From the IMG/VR virus record IMGVR_UViG_3300038409_000042: a stretch of DNA of 13,624 nucleotides; one strand, 5' to 3'. Shown here piece by piece: positions 1-8,238 of this stretch (the first letter of the stretch is position 1; each line of letters starts with the position of its first letter). Source of the stretch: a virus (lineage: Duplodnaviria; Heunggongvirae; Uroviricota; Caudoviricetes). The position numbers and the translations under genes are program-made. A model generated the notes under the pieces. The model was given only the letters and a program-made list of their open reading frames with translations, was not told the origin of the DNA and searched no databases.

Positions 1-3000
1 TTCTGGCGTGAGAACAGCTTTAGCAACTTCCTCAACGGTAGGCTCTTCGGCCTTTTCTCTGTATCCAGTTACAGCTTGAAGTCTTGCCTCAGTATCGTCT
101 TCTGATTCTGGGACAAGTTTTTTCGAATCCGCTATATCTTCTATCTCTTTAAGGAGAGCTTGCGCTTCGGAATCTTCTGGAAATCTAGGAAGCCATTTTC
201 GAGCATCCCTAAGAGCCCTTGCGTAAATCTCGTCTTGATCAAAGCTGTCTTCCTTTTTTGTCTTTGCCAATTTAAGAGATTGACGTACTAGGTTTTTGGC
301 TTTTTCTGCCTTATCGACTTCAGTTACTTTTTTTTTACCTGCCATATCACGAAGAGCGGCTATGGCTTCTTTCTTCGAAGAATAGGCTGTCCCGGTAACG
401 GCCTCTGCGACTTGTCTTACAAACGGAGACGGATCATTAACCAGCTCCCTGACTTCTCCAAGGAACTCTACCTCATCACCGATAAGGCTCTTCAGCCTCT
501 CGACTGTAGCAGTGACATCATCTGTTGGCGGTGCAGTTACAGTATCTGACGCAGCTTCTTCCTGCTTTGTCTCATCCACTCTTCCAGCATAATCGGACTT
601 AATTCTCTCTATGCCATTCTTCTTTGTGGCTGGTCTTCCAAGGTTCATCATAGAGTTGAGAGTGATGATCTGTTCCTTGGTCAGCTTTCCAAGGTTTTTA
701 TCAACCCAATTGTTAAATTCCTCAACGCTCGGATTTGTTTTAATGAATTCTTTGACCGCCTTTCGGATTCCGACTGGACCTTCATCAGATATAGGAGTTT
801 CCTTTTTTTCTACGGTAGGTTCTGGAGCCGTTATACCTCTGAAGGATTCGAACAGTTCCCTTACCTGACCAAGCCCTTTATTTCGTTCAGCAAACTGTCT
901 AACAAACGCACTAGGAAAGACGGACTCTGGTATATTAAATCTGGTCGGATCAAGAGAATCTTTGAATGTCCTAATCAAATCCTTTATGCCAATTCCTAAG
1001 GTTTTGGCATGCCCTCGCATATCCTCAACTATTTTTAGCGCTTGCTCGGCAGAGGCTTCAGCCTTTTGGGCCTCTTGCTCAGACGGTCTAGGTTTAGCTT
1101 CGTAGTCGAAAACTTCCTCTAGTTTTTTTCTTTTTTCCTGTCTTTCTTCTTCATGTATCCTGGAACTGATCGCATAAGCTTCTTCCATAGGAACAAGCTC
1201 AAAATTGCCAGGAAGTACCCGTGCCATCCCCAATTTGCCAAGCGCTTCTACCTTCTTCAAATATTCTTGAGGCGTTTCAGGTTGAAGATTTTTCCCCATT
1301 AAGTTGCCCTTGTGAGCAAAGGCATATGCTTGATCTAAATCATGGATTCCTTCGCCAAGGGCATGGGCTTGTGAATCATAGAAGTCTTTGTCTGGATCGG
1401 GACTGTAATAGCCATTGGGTCCACCCTCAGTATTGAAGGCAGACTTAACCTCATTCCAGACTTCCAGAAGGTTCTCAGGAACTTGAACCCTTACGCGCTC
1501 TTCTCTACCTCTTCGGCTCGGTCGGGCCATTGCTTTTGATTGACGGAGTGTTCGCACAGGCGCTGGAGCTTCCGCTTCTGGCTCTGGAGTCGGCGCAGCG
1601 CCCTCAGGATATTTTTCTCTGATAGCTGCAAGTGCCGTATCCTTACGTTGTCGCGCAGCCTTAGAAGCTCCAACAAGTCGTGCTGCGATCTTCGTAACCG
1701 GGGCAGGGGCATCTTCTAGTTCCTTGTATCCTTCTGTACGCGTTTCGGTATTTTCAATTTTCGCAAGTATTTTTGCTGCGGTTTCACCGTGTTGAGTACG
1801 GGCTTCCTCACGTTTGGCTTGAACCTGTCTTTGTTCTTCACTGACCTCTCCCCTCCGTCGTTTCTCGGCGGCTTCTTCCCTCTTGATATCTGCCGCTCGT
1901 TCGGTTTCCAATCCAAGATAAGTTTCGTAGAGACCGCCAAGAAGCTGTTCTCTATTAAGAATATTTAAGTTTTCTGAAACCTCATCTCTAATAGCTTCTT
2001 GTCTTTCTTCGCTTACTCCTTCCGGGTATTGAATACTATCGAGAATCGCTTCCTTAAGTTCATCGTCGCTGGCATCCTGCCATTCCCTCAAGAAGTCTTC
2101 TTCGCTGACCGCAGTGACTTCCTCTGCCGCGACTTCACGATCTTCAATCTCTCTGGCTTCGCGTTCTGGTCCGCGAATATCCTCAGGCGCAATCTCTCCT
2201 GGTTTTGTCGGTTGGAGATTCTTAGCTGCCCGAATGATATCGTTGATCGATGCTCTTGCCCCCAGGATAGGTCTGTCCCTGGTCTTTTGGCCGTAGAGAT
2301 TAACAAGCTGCCTAATTTTATTAGCAGCTGGAGTTGTATCCTTTTTGTAATAACGTTCAAGCTCAGCTTCTTGAACAAGACCCGCGATCTGATTGAGAAT
2401 GTTCTGATATTCTTGCGGAATCGGCTCGGCTTTGACGGGTTCAATCTTACGTCCAGTTAATTGCTGAGCTGTGCGAGGCGGGACAAATGTGGGCTCGGGT
2501 TTACCGGCCTCGACTTCCTCAGCCGTTTTTCGGCCCGGCCGTCGCTTTATATCTATGAGTTCATTATAACTTCTACGTAATGGATCAGTCGTGGGGATTG
2601 CGTCTCTGAGCCGTTTCAGAGTATCCAGGTCCGTTCGCGACGCGAGTTCTACATATTCCTCATCTGAAGCGTCTCTAGAATGAAGATCAGAAATCTCTTG
2701 ACTAAGCTCTTGATCGGTCGGACCTTCCTTTTCCTTTACTGGAGGTTCTTCTGGTTCTGGCGCAGCTTCGGCCGTATCACTAACAGGTTCCGCTTCCTCC
2801 TCTACAGGCTGCTCGGCCGCCTCTGATTCTTCTACTTCCGTTGCGTAACGGACATAGGCTCCGGCCAAAGCAAAAGCTGCTTCTGGATCATTATATGATT
2901 GCGCTTCATTAATTATTTCTTCTGCGATATTACTTAGACCGTTTTCTTCAAGGATCGAAGATAGTGCAATTACGTTCTGTGGAAGCGAGCTGCTTCTAAC

Positions 3001-4503
3001 CATCTGAACGGCAGATTGAATATCGCTTATTTGCTTTTTTGTTAATTCTACTGGATTTTCTTCGAAGTAACCCTCATACACTGAAGGGGTTAACTTAAAC
3101 TCTTCCTCGCCATCCTCAAGCTCATCATCAATATCTTCTTGAGTCGCCGGCTCTTCATCATCTCTAAGTGTGCCTAGTCTATTCTCAGCATAGGCATTTC
3201 GTATTTGTTCGTCTGTATATCCATCTCTTTGCAGTCCTTCAGCAACGTCATTAATGTCCTGCGGCTGCTCAGCCTCCCCCGTTTCTTTCTCGATCGGCTC
3301 CGGCTGTATCTGTGTTGGCTGTTGAATGGACGGCGGCGCTCCAGGAGCGGGCGTCGGTTCCGCAATAGCCCCGGTAGGCGAGATAATGGTTTGTCCAGAC
3401 TCATCATATAACTGTTCTTCTCTTCTCCTTAACTTTTCAATATTTTCTGCAAGTTGCTGTTCTTCTTGTTGTGGTTGTGTAAGACTTTCAATACCACCAA
3501 ATCCAGCGCCACCTAACGTTCCTGCCGCAGCGCCCATAATGGCTGCCTCTGGTACGCCAGCTAACAATTGTTGTTCTGGATTAATTTGCGCTTGGGTAAT
3601 ATTTTGAGTAAGTTGTTCAACAACAGACTGAGGCAACTCTTCTACAATGCCCTCTTGTAGCCCTCTCTTGACAATGTTTCTAAATAGACCCTTAGCGGCT
3701 GTGCCGGCTGCCCCAGGGAGGCCAAGAGAACCGATAAGACCAACTATTGCGCCAGAACCGCCTGCCATTTGAGGGGCTAATCTCTGTGATACTAATTTTA
3801 TAGCCGCAGCATAATCACCATTTGTTTCGGCAAGAGCCTGATTTCCTAAAGGAGAGTTTATAAATTCTTCTTGATTCTCTATTGCGTAGTTGGAGATTGC
3901 ATCTTCTATAGAACTTAATGTTTGAGCGCCTGAAATAAGACCCTCTAATCCTCCAGCCACTCCGGCAGACCTAGCTACCATGGCCGGACCCATTGTAGCG
4001 GCAACGGCTGGAGCGGATTCTGCTAATGTTCCAACTACAGTTTGAGGAGTGACGCCCGTCAGTTCAATAGGGCCTAGTTGAGTCCTCATTCTTTGCTGAG
4101 CCATATATTCAGGGCTCAGCGTCTCAAGTTCTTCTTCTGCTACTTGTCTTCCGTATTCTCTAGCGCCTCTACCAAAGCCTCTAATTGCCTCTGTGAGAGG
4201 AGATTTTAGAGACGGCAATGGCAGATCAACGCCAGCTGTAACGGCTCTCCACGGCCTTTCCGAGAAGCCTGCTACCAGCTCAGCGAGACCGCCGCCAGTT
4301 TCAGGAACAAGCCTTTTAGCGCCAGCGGCAAGAAGATCAGCAATATCTTCTCCAGAAGGAGCTAGTCCAAATGGAGTTATTGCTGGAGTTCCTACATTTA
4401 TATCTTCACCCTGTTGGCGGCGAACTTCTTGAGCAGCAACTTCTACAGGAGTGTCATCTTCAAATTCGTATTCTTTTCCTTGGCGACGAATAATATAGGT
4501 CAC
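1..4503 (-). CDS. Giant internal virion/ejection protein, more than 1501 aa, C-terminus beyond the window edge (absent from the ORF track)
   Basis: My manual translation from GTG at 4503-4501 is stop-free to base 1: MTYIIRRQGKEYEFEDDTPVEVAQEVRRQQG...EEPTVEEVAKAVLTPE. An in-frame TAG at 4518-4516 bounds the start. It lies 18 nt after the stop of the 451-aa gene. It has a Gly/Ala hydrophobic region (aa ~50-341) followed by Glu/Pro-rich linkers and helical islands. Confidence 0.9.
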   Translation of the reverse strand, partial: MTYIIRRQGKEYEFEDDTPVEVAAQEVRRQQGEDINVGTPAITPFGLAPSGEDIADLLAAGAKRLVPETGGGLAELVAGFSERPWRAVTAGVDLPLPSLKSPLTEAIRGFGRGAREYGRQVAEEELETLSPEYMAQQRMRTQLGPIELTGVTPQTVVGTLAESAPAVAATMGPAMVARSAGVAGGLEGLISGAQTLSSIEDAISNYAIENQEEFINSPLGNQALAETNGDYAAAIKLVSQRLAPQMAGGSGAIVGLIGSLGLPGAAGTAAKGLFRNIVKRGLQEGIVEELPQSVVEQLTQNITQAQINPEQQLLAGVPEAAIMGAAAGTLGGAGFGGIESLTQPQQEEQQLAENIEKLRRREEQLYDESGQTIISPTGAIAEPTPAPGAPPSIQQPTQIQPEPIEKETGEAEQPQDINDVAEGLQRDGYTDEQIRNAYAENRLGTLRDDEEPATQEDIDDELEDGEEEFKLTPSVYEGYFEENPVELTKKQISDIQSAVQMVRSSSLPQNVIALSSILEENGLSNIAEEIINEAQSYNDPEAAFALAGAYVRYATEVEESEAAEQPVEEEAEPVSDTAEAAPEPEEPPVKEKEGPTDQELSQEISDLHSRDASDEEYVELASRTDLDTLKRLRDAIPTTDPLRRSYNELIDIKRRPGRKTAEEVEAGKPEPTFVPPRTAQQLTGRKIEPVKAEPIPQEYQNILNQIAGLVQEAELERYYKKDTTPAANKIRQLVNLYGQKTRDRPILGARASINDIIRAAKNLQPTKPGEIAPEDIRGPEREAREIEDREVAAEEVTAVSEEDFLREWQDASDDELKEAILDSIQYPEGVSEERQEAIRDEVSENLNILNREQLLGGLYETYLGLETERAADIKREEAAEKRRRGEVSEEQRQVQAKREEARTQHGETAAKILAKIENTETRTEGYKELEDAPAPVTKIAARLVGASKAARQRKDTALAAIREKYPEGAAPTPEPEAEAPAPVRTLRQSKAMARPSRRGREERVRVQVPENLLEVWNEVKSAFNTEGGPNGYYSPDPDKDFYDSQAHALGEGIHDLDQAYAFAHKGNLMGKNLQPETPQEYLKKVEALGKLGMARVLPGNFELVPMEEAYAISSRIHEEERQEKRKKLEEVFDYEAKPRPSEQEAQKAEASAEQALKIVEDMRGHAKTLGIGIKDLIRTFKDSLDPTRFNIPESVFPSAFVRQFAERNKGLGQVRELFESFRGITAPEPTVEKKETPISDEGPVGIRKAVKEFIKTNPSVEEFNNWVDKNLGKLTKEQIITLNSMMNLGRPATKKNGIERIKSDYAGRVDETKQEEAASDTVTAPPTDDVTATVERLKSLIGDEVEFLGEVRELVNDPSPFVRQVAEAVTGTAYSSKKEAIAALRDMAGKKKVTEVDKAEKAKNLVRQSLKLAKTKKEDSFDQDEIYARALRDARKWLPRFPEDSEAQALLKEIEDIADSKKLVPESEDDTEARLQAVTGYREKAEEPTVEEVAKAVLTPE

Positions 4504-4521
4504 GGTTTCTCTATACTACTC

Positions 4522-5877
4522 TTAATCTATTTCGTAAACCCGTCTACCATCTTTTGGAGCTGCCGGACGTATTCTAGGATTATTCGTAGGAATATTGTAT
4601 ATATCACCTTGAAATCCATTTGTACTCATAGGAGTTGTTGTGGCTCTAGGTGCTGTTCCTGTACGTCTAGGAGAAGGCTCTATAACATCCCTGCCAGGAA
4701 TAGTTGGAATTCCAAATGATGGATATGGAGAAACTTCGCCAGTCTCTGGATCAACCCTAACAGATTCTTCAGGTTGCTCTTGTTGTGGAATATTAATGCC
4801 AAGCGGATTAATTTTTGCCACAGCATCTCTTGCATTCTGCGCTTGTTCGTTCCAGTATCTTGCTTCTTCAACCATTCTTTCTCCGGCCTCTCTTTTTGTT
4901 TCATCTTCACTGTCAAGTAACTGAGTTCCTTGAGCATATAGTTGAGTAGCCATTGTAGCGGCTTGAGTCATCATGGTTCTGACAAGATCATATTCCTGTG
5001 CTCTAAGAGTAGCGCCAGCTTGAATACGAGCAACAGATATTTGATTTTGTCTATTAAGATCGGAATTTCTAAGATCAACAGAGGTTTTTATCATGTTCTG
5101 AGCCCTGTTAGCACCGACTTCAAACATGCGTCCGCCAAGACCGGCTATGCCTTGTTGACGTTGAGATTCCGCTTGGCCCAATGTCAGAGCATTTCTCAGT
5201 CCTCTCTCCTCTTCTCCCGATCTCCTCTGCCGCATTCCCCTGTAAGATTCTAATGCGGCAGGCCCCGCTCCGGCAAGGTTCGTTAGAAAGTTCGGAGATT
5301 TTCCGCCGGCTATCCCAGACCCAATAGAGAGAAGTAATTCTGTAATGTCCTGTTGCCTTCGTCTCGGCTCTTGGGCTTCATAGTTAGCAATACGCTCCCT
5401 AATAGGCCCCATTACATCTGGTAAAAATTGCCCAGCTTGCGATATCATGTCAGCCATGCTAGGTTCCGGGAATGCCGCAGCGCCCTGACGAACCATATCT
5501 AAATAATCGTTTAGGCCGCCATCTGCCATTCGTATTGTGCCGCCCTTTTTCATTGGTACGGGGGCCTGTGGCTGCATTGGGGACGGTTGTGTGGCTGGCC
5601 CTTGCCCTGCTGGCATGGGTTGTGGGGCTTGTTGTGGTCCTGCTGTTGGTGGCATTAGACTTTGAAGTCCGCGACCGATCACGCGATCGGCAATAGTCTC
5701 TTGAGGATTAGCCTGCATCGCCATCATACGTTGCTTATCCTCATTTCTTCGTGAAATTTCTCCAAGGGCTATGATATTATCTGGAGCATTTCCGCTCTGA
5801 GATATTTCAATAAGTTCAGGAAGCTCTCTTCCCTTCATACTCTCTTGTTTTTCGATTAAATTCATCGAAGCCGCCAT
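4522..5877 (-). CDS. Putative DNA ejection/internal virion protein (second ejection-gene position), 451 aa
   Basis: ORF is coupled by TAATG to the upstream gene. It has an N-terminal helical block (LGEISRRNEDKQRMM), a Pro/Gln linker, the tandem motif MKKGG-TIR-MADGG, amphipathic Gly-rich helices (LLLSIGSGIAGG; FLTNLAGAG) and Gln/Arg-rich coiled-coil segments. It lies just before the giant ORF. Confidence 0.7.
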   Translation of the reverse strand: MAASMNLIEKQESMKGRELPELIEISQSGNAPDNIIALGEISRRNEDKQRMMAMQANPQETIADRVIGRGLQSLMPPTAGPQQAPQPMPAGQGPATQPSPMQPQAPVPMKKGGTIRMADGGLNDYLDMVRQGAAAFPEPSMADMISQAGQFLPDVMGPIRERIANYEAQEPRRRQQDITELLLSIGSGIAGGKSPNFLTNLAGAGPAALESYRGMRQRRSGEEERGLRNALTLGQAESQRQQGIAGLGGRMFEVGANRAQNMIKTSVDLRNSDLNRQNQISVARIQAGATLRAQEYDLVRTMMTQAATMATQLYAQGTQLLDSEDETKREAGERMVEEARYWNEQAQNARDAVAKINPLGINIPQQEQPEESVRVDPETGEVSPYPSFGIPTIPGRDVIEPSPRRTGTAPRATTTPMSTNGFQGDIYNIPTNNPRIRPAAPKDGRRVYEID

Positions 5878-6998
5878 TATCCGCCTCCGCCGCCTTGTCC
5901 TAGAGCCTGAGAAAGGGCATATGCATTAAGTCCAAGGCCCAACATTTGAGAATATGGATTAACATTTTCGTAAGTAGAAACATTTGCATTAGCATTGACA
6001 GGAACGCCCCTTAAGATTGAACTGAGAAAATTAAGGTTTTGTCTGTCAAAATCTCTTTGATTTATAAAATCCTCATAGGAAAGATCAAGAGATGCTTGTT
6101 CTCTTTGTTGTTGCTGAAGGCCAGTTTGGCGCATAGCATCAAGAATATCGAGATTTCCAGCTAGACCTTGCTGATTTACATCAGACAAGAGGCCGCCCAA
6201 GCCTCCAAGTGTTTGGGCTCTTGTTTCTGCCAGTTGCGCAGCTCTTTGCCGCGCTTCTTCATTCATACCAAAAGCTTGAAGCTCCTGTCCAAGAAGGCCG
6301 CGACGGCTGACATCGGCTAACTCTTGACCCCTAAGACCCTGTTCAATATTAAATTGCTCAGCGCCCATCCTAGCGGCGCGATCTCTCTCGAATTGTTGTT
6401 GGGCATTTTCAAAAGCACTTTGCAGGCCGGTTCTATAAATATCTCCAGTTTGCTGGAGGTATCCCCTTTCAGCAATACCTTCTGAAACTCCGTGCCGTCC
6501 GCCTCCAAAGCCACCGGCCCTAGCCGCCGCTCCTTGTCTAGCAACGTTTTGCTCTGCAAAATCCCTTGCTAATCTATCCCTCTGAGCATCAAGAACTTGA
6601 GAGATATATGGAGACATATATTGTTCCGATACTCCGGAATCAATAAACATCTGCGGAGTAACGGTACCAACATTAAATTCCGAAGGAGTGAAGTCGCCTT
6701 GAAACTGCCCCGCTTGATATGGACTAGCTTGCAGAAGTTCTTGACTTCCCTGTCCAATAAGTCCCTGAGCCTGCTCTTGGCCCGGTTGATAGAGACCGCT
6801 AAGGCCCCTAGCCATACCGAATGAAGTTTCTTGGTCAGGATTAAATCCAGCAATCCTAGGTCCTGGATAAAGGGCGTAAGGTTCATTAGACACGCCCTCT
6901 GCTCTTGCCATAAGGCGCTCAAAGTACGGACGCGCATACTCAGGTAAGTTAGTCTGCGTTATACTTTGCTGTGAAGGACCGCTGTCTTTTCCGCCCAT
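5877..6998 (-). CDS. Putative DNA ejection/pilot protein (first ejection-gene position, P22 gp7/T7 gp14-like slot), 373 aa
   Basis: Gln/Gly/Ala-rich, beginning MGGKDSG. It carries motifs I recognise from podophage ejection proteins (LPEYARPY; YMSPYISQVLD; AARAGGFGGGRHGV; DFDRQNLNFLSSILRG) and a hydrophobic C-terminal helix (MLGLGLNAYALSQALG). It directly follows the GNAT-like gene. Confidence 0.72.
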   Translation of the reverse strand: MGGKDSGPSQQSITQTNLPEYARPYFERLMARAEGVSNEPYALYPGPRIAGFNPDQETSFGMARGLSGLYQPGQEQAQGLIGQGSQELLQASPYQAGQFQGDFTPSEFNVGTVTPQMFIDSGVSEQYMSPYISQVLDAQRDRLARDFAEQNVARQGAAARAGGFGGGRHGVSEGIAERGYLQQTGDIYRTGLQSAFENAQQQFERDRAARMGAEQFNIEQGLRGQELADVSRRGLLGQELQAFGMNEEARQRAAQLAETRAQTLGGLGGLLSDVNQQGLAGNLDILDAMRQTGLQQQQREQASLDLSYEDFINQRDFDRQNLNFLSSILRGVPVNANANVSTYENVNPYSQMLGLGLNAYALSQALGQGGGGG

Positions 6999-7003
6999 TT
7001 AAT

Positions 7004-7411
7004 CTAATATTCTTTCTCCATAAACACCGCAGTCGGAGTCATGTCTGGAAACATCTTAACCCATCCTGCCCTTCCTAACCATTCCTGTCCGGCGCAATTT
7101 TCCCCTTTACCAATCTTTTCTACGAGAGAATACATATTATCCTTCCAATCCTTTAGATCATTGCCGGCAAGAGATATGATTCTTAACATTGTTTTTCTAG
7201 GATATGGTATGATTGAGAACGTTAGACATCCATGTATTTCACCATCATCATCAAATGCTATGAGAAGATTCTGTTCTCCATCAATACATTTATCGATGAT
7301 ATCATTTGCTGTGTATCTTCCTAATGTATATCTTTCTAACGTTCTTAAATGTTCAACACAAACTTCTCTAATCTTTTCTATATGCTCTCTAGGCACCATT
7401 GAAACGTGCAT
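7004..7411 (-). CDS. GNAT/acetyltransferase-fold-like virion-associated protein (T7 gp13-like position), 135 aa
   Basis: The alternating beta/alpha pattern (NLLIAFDDDGEIHGCLTFSIIPYPRKTMLRIISLAG ... WLGRAGWVKMF) fits a GNAT-like fold. It sits between nozzle and ejection genes and is TAATG-coupled at 7411. Catalytic activity is not shown. Confidence 0.6.
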   Translation of the reverse strand: MHVSMVPREHIEKIREVCVEHLRTLERYTLGRYTANDIIDKCIDGEQNLLIAFDDDGEIHGCLTFSIIPYPRKTMLRIISLAGNDLKDWKDNMYSLVEKIGKGENCAGQEWLGRAGWVKMFPDMTPTAVFMEKEY

Positions 7412-8238
7412 TACTTTCTCCTTCGGATTAGCTCTTCCCTAATCCTGTCCATTCCTTCCGTTCCTATAGCATCAACAGCCTTCTTTGGCATCACATATTC
7501 TCCTGGCTGTAATAGGAATGGAACTTGTTCTCCCTTTCTATTCACTGAAAAGGCTTTTACCGTATCTCCATATCCTCTACCAGGGCCATAAACTGTACCG
7601 CCCATCATTTCATCGGATGTTCCTGAGGGAACAACCGGCATGGTTGATAATCCTTCTTCACGAGTTGGGAAGAAGCTGAATTCTCCTTCTTGTTCGGAGC
7701 CAGAGACACCGTAATTTTGATAATTGCTAGTGGGCATATTAAGTGCTGAATAGCTAGAACGCGGTCCAGCCTCGTCGAATTGTTCGGGATACTTGCTCGG
7801 ATCATATGTTTCTCCTGGGAGTCCTGAAGAGTCTCCTAACCCACCTAGGCCACTAACTAACATAGCTGTAACCATTGGATTATCTTTCATCCAACTCATA
7901 ATGCCACTTAGGCCGCCACCTGTTCCGCTTGCGGCACCTTGACCTAAGGCGCTTGCTAAGTTTTCCTTAGCCACTGCCTGAGCTAACTGATCTGCACCCG
8001 TGGCGGCGCTACCGAGAACAGCCGCTTCTCCCGCACCCTTTGCCGCTTCGCCAGCGCCGCCGAACATTCCTCCCCCCAATCCGCCCGTAAGGCCGCCAAT
8101 TGCACCGGACAGTAGAGCGGCTTCAGGATCATCTGGATTCATAATGAGAGACCCAATGCCAGAGCCAAGCGCCCCAGCCAGCCACGGAGACAGTCCAAGT
8201 GCTGAGCCTAAAAACGGAAGAATGAGCGGAAGAACCAT
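7411..8238 (-). CDS. Gly-rich putative internal virion protein with N-terminal hydrophobic helices and a C-terminal tape-measure-like GG..GPG..GEYV domain, 275 aa
   Basis: The N-terminus has glycine-zipper hydrophobic segments (LILPFLGSALGLSPWLAGALGSGIGSLI; LLSGAIGGLTGGLGGG). The C-terminus reads MMGGTVYGPGRGYGDT...LQPGEYVMPKKAVDAIGTEGMDRIR. Confidence 0.65.
   Translation of the reverse strand: MVLPLILPFLGSALGLSPWLAGALGSGIGSLIMNPDDPEAALLSGAIGGLTGGLGGGMFGGAGEAAKGAGEAAVLGSAATGADQLAQAVAKENLASALGQGAASGTGGGLSGIMSWMKDNPMVTAMLVSGLGGLGDSSGLPGETYDPSKYPEQFDEAGPRSSYSALNMPTSNYQNYGVSGSEQEGEFSFFPTREEGLSTMPVVPSGTSDEMMGGTVYGPGRGYGDTVKAFSVNRKGEQVPFLLQPGEYVMPKKAVDAIGTEGMDRIREELIRRRK

Noticed and set aside
611-4432. 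Track ORFs on the + strand and short off-frame minus-strand ORFs within this span (for example 1999..2460 +, 2088..2444 -, 3174..3407 -)
   Set aside because: They are shadows of the >1501-aa minus-strand ORF, with no RBS or protein-like composition.
4504-4540. Possible promoter TTTACG-N17-TATAGA before the giant gene
   Set aside because: Both boxes match only 4/6 and the -10 lacks the conserved final T. This is expected by chance in an AT-rich spacer.
1-6998. Lytic transglycosylase or other muralytic domain in the ejection proteins (as in T7 gp16)
   Set aside because: No ES...GLMQ-type or other lysozyme motif is visible. One could lie beyond the left edge.
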